Program-made: the position numbers and the translations under genes
Notes under the pieces: generated by a model
What the model was told of the DNA's origin: nothing
The model's input: the letters and a program-made list of their open reading frames with translations, nothing else
Database searches by the model: none
Assembly: GCA_963781885.1 (NCBI GenBank)
Contig: CAWAHW010000007.1
Location: 558,625 to 622,624 of the forward strand
Direction: 5' to 3'
DNA from: an uncultured Spirochaetota bacterium
Lineage (GTDB): Bacteria; Spirochaetota; Spirochaetia; SZUA-6; Fen-1364
Length of the DNA: 64,000 bases
Part shown: one piece after another, positions 9,240-19,049 of the stretch
Layout: each line of letters begins with the position of its first letter
How positions within the stretch are numbered: position 1 is the first letter of the stretch

Positions 9240-10538
9240 ATGAAGAAGGGAACCAGGACGGGAATCATCATCGCCGCGATCGTCGTCGTCGCGGGCATCG
9301 GGTTCCTCGTCGTCCGGGGAAGGATCGCAGCGGGCGCGGCAAAGACCGCCGCGAAGGATCCCGCCGCGCCGACAATCGTGAAGGTGACGCGGGGGAACCT
9401 GGACGCTTCCATCACGGCCTCCGGGCAGTTGCAGCCGAACACCATCACGACCATCCGGCCGGATGCCAACATGCCGACGCGCAAGCTGGTGAAGATATTC
9501 GTCAAGGAAGGCGACCGCGTGAAGGTGGGAGAGGCGCTTGCCGAAGTGGATCCCTCGGGGCTTGACGCAAACCTCCAAAGCGCGAAAGCGAACTTCGAGT
9601 CGCAGAAAGTGAAGCTCGCCAACCTCCAGGCAAAGCCGCAGAACCTCGACATTGCCGCGGCCGAAGCAACCCTTGCGGGGGCAAAGAATACCCTGGACAC
9701 CGCGCAGGAGAGTTACGACAACACCAAGGCGCTGGCGGACAAGGGGCTCGCGGCGAAAAACGTCCTCAACGATGCCCAAGGCGCGCTCGCCGCGGCGAAG
9801 GTCGCCTACACCTCCGCGCAGCTTTCCTATGACAACGTCAAGGCGCAAAACTCCGACGCCGACATCCAGGCGCAGCAGTCGGCCGTTTCCACAGCGCAGA
9901 GCGCGCTGGAGATCGCCCAGCTCATCTCTGACAGCATCACCATCCGCTCTCCCGCCGCGGGGGTGGTCGCGGAGGTGGACGTGAACGTGGGAGACCTCAT
10001 CAGCCCCAGCACGGCCCTCATGACGGTGATCGACCCCGATCCCATGTGGCTGCAGGCGCAGGTGAATGAGAACGACATGGCCCAGGTGAAGGTCGGCCAG
10101 ACCGCGACGGTGACGCCCTCCGGATACCCCGACATGTCCATTCCCGGCAAGGTCACGCAGATCGACCTCCACGCGCAGATCCAGTCGAACGTGTCGGTCT
10201 TCACGACAACCATCGAGGTGCCCAACAAGGATGGAAAGCTCCTGTGGGGGATGAATGCCGATGCGGAAATCTCCGTGCTCTCCCTGAACAATGTTCTCAC
10301 GCTGCCCGTCGCGGCGGTGAAGACCGCCAACGGTGCGAGCACGGTGACGATACTCGACGGCGGACAGCAGGTCTCATGGGACGTGCAGACCGGGGCCACG
10401 GACGGGACCAAAACCCAAATCGTCGCCGGCCTCGACGAGGGCACCGAGGTGGTGATCTCCCGCAGGTCGTCCGCGCCCACCACCACGACCCCGCAGCGCC
10501 CAGGCGGCATGGGCGGCCTGTTTTCGATCATAAGATAG
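9240..10538 (+). CDS. Efflux membrane-fusion (periplasmic adaptor) protein, MacA-like
   Basis: N-terminal TM; VKEGDRVKVGEALA and TIRSPAAGVV lipoyl halves; coiled hairpin. Confidence 0.92.
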   Translation: MKKGTRTGIIIAAIVVVAGIGFLVVRGRIAAGAAKTAAKDPAAPTIVKVTRGNLDASITASGQLQPNTITTIRPDANMPTRKLVKIFVKEGDRVKVGEALAEVDPSGLDANLQSAKANFESQKVKLANLQAKPQNLDIAAAEATLAGAKNTLDTAQESYDNTKALADKGLAAKNVLNDAQGALAAAKVAYTSAQLSYDNVKAQNSDADIQAQQSAVSTAQSALEIAQLISDSITIRSPAAGVVAEVDVNVGDLISPSTALMTVIDPDPMWLQAQVNENDMAQVKVGQTATVTPSGYPDMSIPGKVTQIDLHAQIQSNVSVFTTTIEVPNKDGKLLWGMNADAEISVLSLNNVLTLPVAAVKTANGASTVTILDGGQQVSWDVQTGATDGTKTQIVAGLDEGTEVVISRRSSAPTTTTPQRPGGMGGLFSIIR

Positions 10539-10552
10539 GAAAGGGGCCGCAT

Positions 10553-12547
10553 ATGGCACGCGCCCTTATCGTCACGAACAACCTCACAAAGACATACGAC
10601 ACGGGGACCGTCGAGGTGCTCGCCCTGAAGGGCGTCTCCTTCACCCTGGAAGAGGGGGAGTTCGTGGCGGTCATGGGACCGTCGGGCTCGGGCAAGAGCA
10701 CCTTCCTCAACCTCCTGGGCTGCCTCGACCACCCGACGAGCGGCAGCTACGTGCTGGACGGCACCGACGTGTCCACGATGAATGACGACCAGCTCGCCGC
10801 CGTGCGCAGCACCTCCATCGGTTTCGTCTTCCAGGGCTTCAACCTCCTGCCGCGCACGAGCGCAGAGCGCAATATCGAGCTGCCGCTCATCTACACCGGC
10901 GAGCGGCGGCGTTTCACCCCGGCACACGCCCTCCTGGAGGCGGTCGGTCTTCCCAAGCGGGGCCACCACACTCCCAGCGAGCTCTCCGGTGGCGAGCAGC
11001 AGCGCGTAGCGATCGCGCGGTCGCTGGTGAACTCACCGGCGATCATCCTCGCCGACGAGCCGACGGGAAATCTCGACAGCCGCATGAGCGACGAGATCAT
11101 GGACATCTTCCTGAGCCTCAACCGCGCGGGGATCACGATCCTGATGGTGACGCACGAGGAGAGCGTGGCGGCCTATGCGCGGCGCCTTGTGAAATTCAAG
11201 GACGGTGTAATCGTCTCCGACGAGCCCATTGCACATCCCAAGCCGCAGACCGGCGCCGGGGTGGACGTCGACACGATACGCCGGGTCACCACGCGTGCCT
11301 CCAACAAGAGGCGCGGGGTATTCAGTCCGGGCGAGCTCTGGGAAAACGTCAGGTCCGCCGCACGGTCGCTCTTACAAAACAAGATGCGCGCCGTGCTCAC
11401 GATCCTCGGCATCCTCATCGGCGTCGGGGCGGTCATCGCCATGGTTTCCGTGGGGCAGGGGGCGACCGCGGGCGTCACGCAGCGCATCCAGGGGCTGGGG
11501 AGCAACTTCCTCACCGTCACGCCCGGCAGCAGCAACGTCGGGGGATTTCGCGCGGGATTCGGCTCCGTGGTCACCCTGACGATCGATGATGCCACGGCCA
11601 TCAAGGCGGGCATACCGAACATCGTCGGGGTGGAGCCGGAAAACAATGCCCGCCAGCAGTTGAAGTACCAGAAGAACAACTGGCAGACCTCTCTTACGGG
11701 AACCTCCGCGGACTATCCCACGGTCCGCAACTGGAATGTTTCCAGCGGAACTTTTTTCACGGATGAGGACAACAGGGCGAAAAGAAACGTCGTGGTTCTG
11801 GGACAGGACGTCGTCACGAATCTCTTCGGCGACGACGATCCCGTCGGCAAAACCATCAAGATCGGTGCGAACAACTTCAAGGTGATCGGCGTGCTGGAGA
11901 AGAAGGGCGCCGGCGGGGGGTTCTTCAGCCAGGACGACACCGCGCTCATTCCCATCAACACGATGTACGCGCGCTTTCGTCACCAGAAGGACGTGCGCAG
12001 CATCGGCGTGACCGCCACGGACAAGGACCAGCTCGACCAGGTGAAATCGGACATCACGGCGCTCCTGGAGCAGCGGCACAAGATCCAGGAAGGGGCGGCG
12101 GATGATTTCTCCATCGTCACCCAGCAGGACGTGCTGCAGACCGTGCAGGGCGTGTCCCAGATCATGACGCTTCTCCTGGGGGCCATCGGCGGCATCAGCC
12201 TCCTGGTCGGCGGCATCGGCATCATGAACATCATGCTCGTGTCCGTCACCGAGAGGACGCGGGAGATCGGCATCAGGAAGGCGCTCGGCGCGCGTCGGCG
12301 CGACATCATGGCGCAGTTCCTCGTGGAAGCGATCATCCTGTCCGGGCTCGGCGGTCTTCTGGGCTGGGGTCTTGGCGCCCTGGCGTCTCAACTGATCAGC
12401 AAGTTCGGGAACATGACCGCGATTCTCACGGTGGGTACCGTCGGGCTCGCGCTCGGGTTCTCGATTGCCGTGGGCCTTTTTTTCGGGATCTACCCGGCGC
12501 GCAAGGCGTCGCGCATGGATCCCATCCAGGCCCTGCATTTCGAGTAG
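10553..12547 (+). CDS. macB: MacB-type fused ABC ATPase/permease
   Basis: GPSGSGKS, LSGGEQQR, ILADEPTGNLD; GIGIMNIMLVSVTERTREIGIRKALGA; YPARKASRMDPIQAL. Confidence 0.93.
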   Translation: MARALIVTNNLTKTYDTGTVEVLALKGVSFTLEEGEFVAVMGPSGSGKSTFLNLLGCLDHPTSGSYVLDGTDVSTMNDDQLAAVRSTSIGFVFQGFNLLPRTSAERNIELPLIYTGERRRFTPAHALLEAVGLPKRGHHTPSELSGGEQQRVAIARSLVNSPAIILADEPTGNLDSRMSDEIMDIFLSLNRAGITILMVTHEESVAAYARRLVKFKDGVIVSDEPIAHPKPQTGAGVDVDTIRRVTTRASNKRRGVFSPGELWENVRSAARSLLQNKMRAVLTILGILIGVGAVIAMVSVGQGATAGVTQRIQGLGSNFLTVTPGSSNVGGFRAGFGSVVTLTIDDATAIKAGIPNIVGVEPENNARQQLKYQKNNWQTSLTGTSADYPTVRNWNVSSGTFFTDEDNRAKRNVVVLGQDVVTNLFGDDDPVGKTIKIGANNFKVIGVLEKKGAGGGFFSQDDTALIPINTMYARFRHQKDVRSIGVTATDKDQLDQVKSDITALLEQRHKIQEGAADDFSIVTQQDVLQTVQGVSQIMTLLLGAIGGISLLVGGIGIMNIMLVSVTERTREIGIRKALGARRRDIMAQFLVEAIILSGLGGLLGWGLGALASQLISKFGNMTAILTVGTVGLALGFSIAVGLFFGIYPARKASRMDPIQALHFE

Positions 12548-12555
12548 GGAGGATT

Positions 12556-13206
12556 TTGATGATGAAAAGACATGCATTCGTGCTTCTTGCTGGTCTTGCC
12601 CTCATTGTCGCCGCTGCACCGGCCGGCGCACAGACCCCGGGCGGGATGATGATGCAGGGCTTCAACGTCCAGACGTTGATCACCCAGCTTTCCCTGTACC
12701 TGCCGGAGGATTCCACGCGCGGCATGTACGCCGGGCGCGGCCAGGGCACGCAAGCCGGGCAAGGGGCGCCGGCGGGGCAGGCCTCGGCCGGCGGGCGGAG
12801 ATTCCCGCAGATGCAGTTCACCCGTGATCCGAAGCTCTTCCTGACCAAGGAGCAGATCGCGGCATTGCTTCCGATCCTTCTGGACCTGAAGGCCAACCCG
12901 ATGCCCACCCCGTCCAAGGCGAGGACGGTGCAGGCGAGTGTGGACACAGTCCTCACGGTCGCGCAAAAGGCGGAATATGCCGATTTCCAGAAACAGGTGC
13001 AGAAAATGATTGCGGATTTCCGCGCGCAGATGGCGGCAAATGGCGGCGCCGCCGGCAGCGGGCAATCCGCCGGCGCGGCCGGCAACGGCCAGGGCGGCGC
13101 GGGGGCAGGCGGCGGCTCCCAGATGGCGCCTCTCCAAAGGCGCCAGCGCCAGGTGGACGCATTCGTCCAGGTGCTGCAGGACCGCCAGAAGCAGCTCGGC
13201 GCCTGA
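12556..13206 (+). CDS. Exported Gly/Gln-rich helical protein with two LTxxQ motifs (Spy/CpxP-like)
   Basis: Signal peptide ending AGA; LTKEQ and LTVAQ; lies between the pump and the two-component system. Confidence 0.6.
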   Translation: MMMKRHAFVLLAGLALIVAAAPAGAQTPGGMMMQGFNVQTLITQLSLYLPEDSTRGMYAGRGQGTQAGQGAPAGQASAGGRRFPQMQFTRDPKLFLTKEQIAALLPILLDLKANPMPTPSKARTVQASVDTVLTVAQKAEYADFQKQVQKMIADFRAQMAANGGAAGSGQSAGAAGNGQGGAGAGGGSQMAPLQRRQRQVDAFVQVLQDRQKQLGA

Positions 13207-13229
13207 GCGCGGGCAAGGAGGCAGGCTTT

Positions 13230-13922
13230 ATGCAGGCCCGCATACTGATCATCGAGGACGTGAAGGAGATGGCGGATCTGATCCGCCTTTATCTGCAGAA
13301 GGAAGGCATGGATGCCACCATCTGCGAAACCGCGGAGGATGGCCTGGCGCGATTCGACGAAGCGCGCTATGACCTGGTCGTGCTCGACATCAACCTGCCC
13401 GGCATCGACGGCTTCGAGTTCCTCCAGCGTCTTCGCAAGACGAGCGCCATTCCCGTCATGATCGTCTCCGCGCGCGACGCGGACGAGGACATGATCCTGG
13501 GTCTGGGCATCGGGGCGGACGAGTTCGTGACGAAACCCTTCTCACCGAAGGTCCTCGTCGCGCGCGTGCGCGCGATGCTGCGGCGCACCACCGACATGAA
13601 GGCGGGCCCGAACAGCGTCAAGTTCGGGGACTACGTCCTGGACATCGACGGCTACCTCCTGAAACGGGCCGGTGCGAAGGTGCCCCTCTCGTCGCGGGAG
13701 TTCGAGGTGCTCGCCTACCTCGTCACGCATCCGGGCAAGGCCATGACGCCGGACACGATCTACGCGGACGTCTGGAGGAACCAGTATGGCGATGTGACCG
13801 CGGTCGCCGTCTACGTGCAGCGGCTGCGCAAGAAGATCGAGCAGGACCCGACGTCCCCCCAGTTCATCGAGACGGTGCACGGCATGGGCTACCGGTTCAA
13901 CGCGGAGACCATCCACGCATGA
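13230..13922 (+). CDS. OmpR-family response regulator
   Basis: Receiver LDINLP, GADEFVTKPF; winged helix LRKKIE..IETVHGMGYRF. Confidence 0.95.
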   Translation: MQARILIIEDVKEMADLIRLYLQKEGMDATICETAEDGLARFDEARYDLVVLDINLPGIDGFEFLQRLRKTSAIPVMIVSARDADEDMILGLGIGADEFVTKPFSPKVLVARVRAMLRRTTDMKAGPNSVKFGDYVLDIDGYLLKRAGAKVPLSSREFEVLAYLVTHPGKAMTPDTIYADVWRNQYGDVTAVAVYVQRLRKKIEQDPTSPQFIETVHGMGYRFNAETIHA

Positions 13923-15301
13923 AGCTGCGCACGCAATTCTTCATCCTCGTCGGCGGCATCATCGCCGTCCCCTTCCTCGTGAGCGCCTTCATGCTCCTGT
14001 TCCAGTTCAGCGTCTCCCGGCGCCTCCAGCCGCTGCCGAACTACGAACAGCTCATGGCCTGGGTGACCCACCAGGTGCCCCGTGCCCTGCGCCGTGACGA
14101 CCTGACGGAGCTCGACAAGGAGAGGCCGCCGGGTCTCGACGTCCTCCTCCTCGATAAAGCCTTCACCGTGATCTACTCCACCATTCCGCAGATTCCCGCG
14201 GGCATGTCGGCGCAAAGCGCCGGCGTCTGGTCCTATATCGCGCGCAACATCGCGACGTCGCATTTCCAGGTCGACAGCGCCCACGTGGCGGGCAGTGAGG
14301 ATTCGATGCTGATCCTCAAGCTGCCGCGCGCCCGCCCGGAGGAGATGCGTTTCCGCAACGTGGCGGTGGCCATCGTGATGTACACCTCCATCGCGCTCCT
14401 GCTCTTCTCCTCGCTCATGAGCTTCTTCATCCTGCGGTCCCTCAACGGATCCATCCAGGGTCTGGAGGGAGCCACGCGACGCATCGCCTCCGGGGACCTC
14501 GATTTCGACCTGCCCGCCCGGGGCAATGACCAGATTTCGTCCCTCACGCGCTCGTTCGACAGCATGCGGCGCGCGCTGAAGGAGGAGTATGCGCGGCGCG
14601 CCCGGTTCATCATGGGAGTCTCCCATGACCTGCGGACGCCCCTCACGCTCATCCAGGGCTACGTCGAGGCCATCGCCGACGGCTACGCCGCCGAGCCGGA
14701 AGCGCAGAAGAAGTACCTGTCCATCGTGCTCGACAAGACGCGCAGCCTCGAAGGGATGGTGGGGGACCTGATCGAGTTCGTGCGCATGGAGACGGGGCAG
14801 TGGCGCATGACGCACCGCGACGTGCCGGTGCGGCAGTTCCTCATGGACATCGCCCGCCGATTCGCCGAGGACGCCCTGATCTTGAAGCGGGATTTCGGCT
14901 GGAGCATCGACCTGCCTGACGATCTCACCGTCCGCATGGATGCCGCCTTGCTCACCCGTGCCCTGGAAAACCTCGTGGGCAATGCCATCCGCTACACGGA
15001 GGAGAAGGGGAGGATCACCGTCGCGGCGCGCCTGGAGGGGGAGACGGTTCTCCTTTCGGTCGCCGACACGGGCATCGGCATCCCCGCGGAGGACCTGTCC
15101 CGGATCTACGACCCCTTCTACCGCGGGACGAACTCCCGCCGCGAGCAGGGTTTCGGTCTGGGCCTCACGACGGTGAAGTCGATCATCGAGAGCCACGGCT
15201 GGGCGATGGCGGTGTCGTCGGAGGTCGGCATCGGGACGACCTTCACCATCCGTATGACGAACCCGATCGCGTCGAAGGGCGGAACGCCTCTCCGCGCTTG
15301 A
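13919..15301 (+). CDS. HAMP-domain sensor histidine kinase
   Basis: Two TMs, HAMP, SHDLRTPL H-box, NLVGNAIRY, DTGIGI, GFGLGL. Confidence 0.95.
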   Translation: MKLRTQFFILVGGIIAVPFLVSAFMLLFQFSVSRRLQPLPNYEQLMAWVTHQVPRALRRDDLTELDKERPPGLDVLLLDKAFTVIYSTIPQIPAGMSAQSAGVWSYIARNIATSHFQVDSAHVAGSEDSMLILKLPRARPEEMRFRNVAVAIVMYTSIALLLFSSLMSFFILRSLNGSIQGLEGATRRIASGDLDFDLPARGNDQISSLTRSFDSMRRALKEEYARRARFIMGVSHDLRTPLTLIQGYVEAIADGYAAEPEAQKKYLSIVLDKTRSLEGMVGDLIEFVRMETGQWRMTHRDVPVRQFLMDIARRFAEDALILKRDFGWSIDLPDDLTVRMDAALLTRALENLVGNAIRYTEEKGRITVAARLEGETVLLSVADTGIGIPAEDLSRIYDPFYRGTNSRREQGFGLGLTTVKSIIESHGWAMAVSSEVGIGTTFTIRMTNPIASKGGTPLRA

Positions 15302-15335
15302 CAGCCGGGCGGCTTCCCGAAAGAATCATCGCGCC

Positions 15336-15753
15336 ATGGAAGCGCAGCTTCTCCGCGCGTGGCTGGAGACCCGGGCCGTCATCACCTTCTCCCGTTCATC
15401 GGGTCCCGGGCGGCCAGAACGTCAACAAGACCAGCACGCGCGCCACTCTTTTCGCCCCCCTGCGGCAGATCGACGGCCTCACCGAGGAGGAGAAGGGAAG
15501 GCTGCTCGTGAAGCTGCGCGCAAGGCTCACCGTGGACGACGTGCTGATCGTGTCCGTCCAGGACACGCGCAGCCAGCTCCAGAACCGGACGCTCGCCGTG
15601 GAGCGGGCCTACGGCATTCTGCAGAAGGGGCTGCGCCGCGACCGGCCGCGCCGGCCGTCGCGCCCGACACGGGCGTCGCGCGAGCGCCGCCTGCAGTCCA
15701 AGCACGTCGCCTCGCGCGCAAAGCAGAGACGAGCCCGGCCCGCCGAGGAGTGA
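15336..15753 (+). CDS. arfB: Alternative ribosome-rescue peptidyl-tRNA hydrolase ArfB, with a +1 indel near 15410
   Basis: FSRSSGPG (ORF 15336) joins GQNVNKTST..RSQLQNR..RPTRASRERRLQSK (ORF 15298); removing one G restores GPGGQNVNK. Confidence 0.88.
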
Positions 15754-15847
15754 AGGCGTCACCGGGGAACCGGGGGCCGCGCCGAACACGCCCCGCCGCC
15801 CTTGCCCCGGAAACGGGGATGGGCGATACTCGAAGCCGGAGGTGCGC

Positions 15848-16345
15848 ATGAAACGAAGTATCACGTTTCCGATCGTCGCCGTGCTAGCGCTCGGAGTGCT
15901 TGCGCCGACCTTTGCGCAGACGAAGAACAAGTCGGATACCCGGGTGGCCGCCATCCTGAGCGATCTCGGCCTCACCTACAAGGTCAATTCGAGCGGCAAC
16001 TACGCCATCACCTACGACGAGGGCAATGACCGCACGCAGGTCGTCTACGTCATGTCGACCACCGACACCTACCAGGGCATCGAGATCCGTGAGATATGGT
16101 CCATCGCCGGAAGCTTCGACAGCGAGCCGGACGCCACCCAGCTCCTCGACCTGATGAAGCAGAGCGGGAAGAACAAGATCGGCGACTGGGCGCTGGAGGA
16201 GCAGGACGACGGGACGTACCTCCTTTTCTATACGATCAAGAGCCCGGTGAAGATCGACAATGCGGCGTTCAAGATGATGCTCCAGTTCGCCGCCGACGTC
16301 GCCGACGAGCAGGAAAAGGCGATCTTCGACACCGACGACAACTGA
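15848..16345 (+). CDS. Exported hypothetical protein, YbjN/T3SS-chaperone-like fold suspected
   Basis: Signal peptide ending TFA; RTQVVYV..REIWS..LLDLM..KIGDW..VADEQEK pattern; GGAGG RBS. Confidence 0.55.
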   Translation: MKRSITFPIVAVLALGVLAPTFAQTKNKSDTRVAAILSDLGLTYKVNSSGNYAITYDEGNDRTQVVYVMSTTDTYQGIEIREIWSIAGSFDSEPDATQLLDLMKQSGKNKIGDWALEEQDDGTYLLFYTIKSPVKIDNAAFKMMLQFAADVADEQEKAIFDTDDN

Positions 16346-16426
16346 TCCCGCCTCGGAGACGCCGGCGCCGCCCCTCCGCGGCTTGCCCTTCCGCAAAGAG
16401 CGTCTCCTCCTGTAGAATCCGTACAC

Positions 16427-17837
16427 ATGAAACCCACTGCCGGGATACTCCTGTCCGACTACGGCTCGCTTTCGCGTGCTCCTTCGCCGGTGAATCGCAT
16501 GATGTCCTCCTTTGCCGCGGATTTTCGCGAGGGCGTCGACATCAACCTGGGGGTGGGCTACGTCAATGAGAACACCATCCCGCGCGCCCTGATCCAGGAC
16601 GCCCTCCGGGAAGTCCTGGCCCGGCCGGATCGCTACAAGTCGCCCCTGAACTACGGCGGTCCCCCGGGATCGCCCACGCTCATCGAATCCATCCGCCGCT
16701 ACCACGTCACCCGGGGCGTCGGCGGGCTCACCGACGGCGAGCTTTCCCGTCGACGGATCATCGTCGGACCCAACGGCGCCACGAGCCTGCTGGAAGGGCT
16801 CGCCTATGTCCTGCGTCCCGGCATCGTGATCACGTCGGACCCCATGTATTACATCTACTGCGATTTTCTGGAGCGGCGTGGCTTCACGGTCGTCACCGTG
16901 CCGGAGAGGCTCGACGGGCTGCACGCGGAGGACGTGGAGGCCCGGCTGGAAAGGCTGGGCGACTCTGTCTCCGACATCAGCTTTTTCTATATCGTGACGG
17001 TGAACAATCCCACGTGCGACAATCATCGCCAACGCGGAGCGCACCGCCATCGTCCGGCTCGTGGCCGCCCTGTCGCGGAAGCTCGGCCGGACGATCCCCC
17101 TGGTGCTCGACAAGGCCTACGAGGACATGATCCACGATCCGGGCGTGCCGAAGCCGCGATCGGGTCTTCTGGACGACGAGGATGGAGGGGTGTTCGAGAT
17201 CGGCACGCTGTCGAAGATCATCGCCCCGTCCCTGCGCATCGGCTACTTGATCGGCACGGACGGCCCCTTTCTCCAGGCCATGATCCAGCGCACGAGCGAT
17301 GCCGGCTTCAGCGGGCCGCTCATCAATCAGGAGATCGCGAGCTGGCTGCTTGATCACGCGCTGGACGGCCAGCTTCGCGACGTCACCCGTGGCTACCGGG
17401 AGAAGGCGGCCGCCGTCCGCGGCTGGCTTGATGCGATGCTGGGCCCCGTGATGAGCGAATGCCGCGGCGGCCAGGCGAGCTTCTACTATTACCTGACGCT
17501 CGACGGGGTGCGCACGGACGAATCCTCGCCTTTCTTCCGATGCCTGGCGCGCGCGACCGGTGACGATGCGCGGGACGGGCCCGCGGCGGCGCGCCTGCCA
17601 CGGGTGGCCTACATACCAGGGGAGTTCTGCGTGCATCCGCGGGGCGACATGGTGGAGCAGGGCAGGCGCCAGCTTCGTCTTTCCTACGGCTACGAGGAGC
17701 TCGGCAAGCTGGAGGAGGCCATCGGGTACATGGCTGAGGCCGCACGGTATGCACGCTCCCGGGAGGCACGCGGGGGCGCCGCGCATCCGTCCGTACCAGA
17801 AGAAGCCCGCGGCTCCGCACGCGCCCGGACGGTCTGA
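16427..17837 (+). CDS. PLP-dependent class I/II aminotransferase, frameshifted near 17018
   Basis: [34 protein letters not shown] and LRLSYG across two ORFs. Confidence 0.88.
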
Positions 17838-18433
17838 TGGAGCCGCTCCTTCTCCCTTTTGCGACATACGCCATGGTCACCACGTTCACACCCGGGCCGA
17901 ACAACATCACCGCGTCCGCCACGGGTATGCGTCTTGGTTATCGACGGACGCTGCCATTTCTCCTGGGCATGCTCGCGGGATTCATCCTCATCATGCTCGC
18001 CTCCGGTCTCCTCACCGATCTTGCGCGACGCGCCTATGAGGGGATCCTGCCCTGGCTGAAATGGGTCGGGGTGGCCTACATGACCTGGCTCGCCGTGTCC
18101 CTGTTCCTTCCGTCGAAACACGACGCGGAAAACGCGCCTCCCCGCAGCGCGCGCTTCATCGACGGCATGCTTCTGCAAATGGTCAATCCCAAGCTCATTC
18201 TCTATGGGATTACGATCTATTCCTCTTTCCAGACTCTCATCGCCGGCACGCCGGGCCGCCTTGCGGCCTCCGTGGCGCTCCTGAGCCTCCTGGGTTTCAG
18301 CTCGATCTCCCTCTGGGCCGTCGTCGGGTCCACGTTCTCGCGCCTCCTGAAGACGAAGACCGCGAAGCTGGTCTTCAACCTCGTCATGGCGGCCCTCCTC
18401 CTCTACTCTGCCGTCGCCATCGTCCTGCACTGA
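17837..18433 (+). CDS. LysE/RhtB family amino-acid exporter
   Basis: TPGPNN, GVAYMTWLA and LQMVNPK motifs; hydrophobic. Confidence 0.9.
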   Translation: MEPLLLPFATYAMVTTFTPGPNNITASATGMRLGYRRTLPFLLGMLAGFILIMLASGLLTDLARRAYEGILPWLKWVGVAYMTWLAVSLFLPSKHDAENAPPRSARFIDGMLLQMVNPKLILYGITIYSSFQTLIAGTPGRLAASVALLSLLGFSSISLWAVVGSTFSRLLKTKTAKLVFNLVMAALLLYSAVAIVLH

Positions 18434-18491
18434 CCCGTCTGCCGCCTTTTCTCGCTGGACAACCTTCCCCGGGCCGGTATAGGCTCGGTGC

Positions 18492-19049
18492 ATGTCCAGA
18501 GGATTCGTGGTGCTCACCGCGGTCGGTCCCGACAGGGTCGGGATCGTGGATGACCTTTCCGGCGCCGTGTCACGCGCCGGGTGCAACATTGAAGAGAGCA
18601 AGATGTCCGTTCTCGGCGGGGAGTTCGCCGTCATCATGCTCGTCTCGGGGCCCACGGAGTCCGTGGAATCGATGGGGAAAACGCTGCCGGCCCTCGGGGA
18701 GCGGCTTTCCCTCCACGTCGAGTGCCGCCCGACGCGCGAGCCCCGCGCCGGAGAGAAGGGACGGCCGTACCTGCTGGAGGCGGTCTCCCTGGACACGCCC
18801 GGCATCGTGCATGCCGTGACGGCCATCCTTCGGGGCCACGGCATCAATATCGAGGACCTCGAGACGGATACCGGCTGCGCGCCGTGGACGGGTGCGCCGA
18901 TGTTCCGCATGAAGGCCCACCTGGTCGTCGGTCCCGCGGTATCCGTCGCGAAGCTGAAGGAAGAGCTCTTCCACCTCCAGCAGGAGCAGGACCTCGACAT
19001 CGCCCTGAAGCCGTTCTTCGGGACCACCCCCGAATCGGGCGAATGCTGA
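18492..19049 (+). CDS. Tandem ACT-domain protein, GcvR-like
   Basis: LTAVGPDRVGIV..GCNIEES and DTPGIV..GINIEDL ACT repeats. Confidence 0.88.
   Translation: MSRGFVVLTAVGPDRVGIVDDLSGAVSRAGCNIEESKMSVLGGEFAVIMLVSGPTESVESMGKTLPALGERLSLHVECRPTREPRAGEKGRPYLLEAVSLDTPGIVHAVTAILRGHGINIEDLETDTGCAPWTGAPMFRMKAHLVVGPAVSVAKLKEELFHLQQEQDLDIALKPFFGTTPESGEC

Noticed and set aside
10244-10552. Long N-terminal extensions in the ORF track (macB 10244, hexokinase 18722, SBP 54910, sufS 37650, stnC-like 45996)
   Set aside because: They overlap upstream genes; downstream ATGs give canonical N-termini, several with a clear RBS
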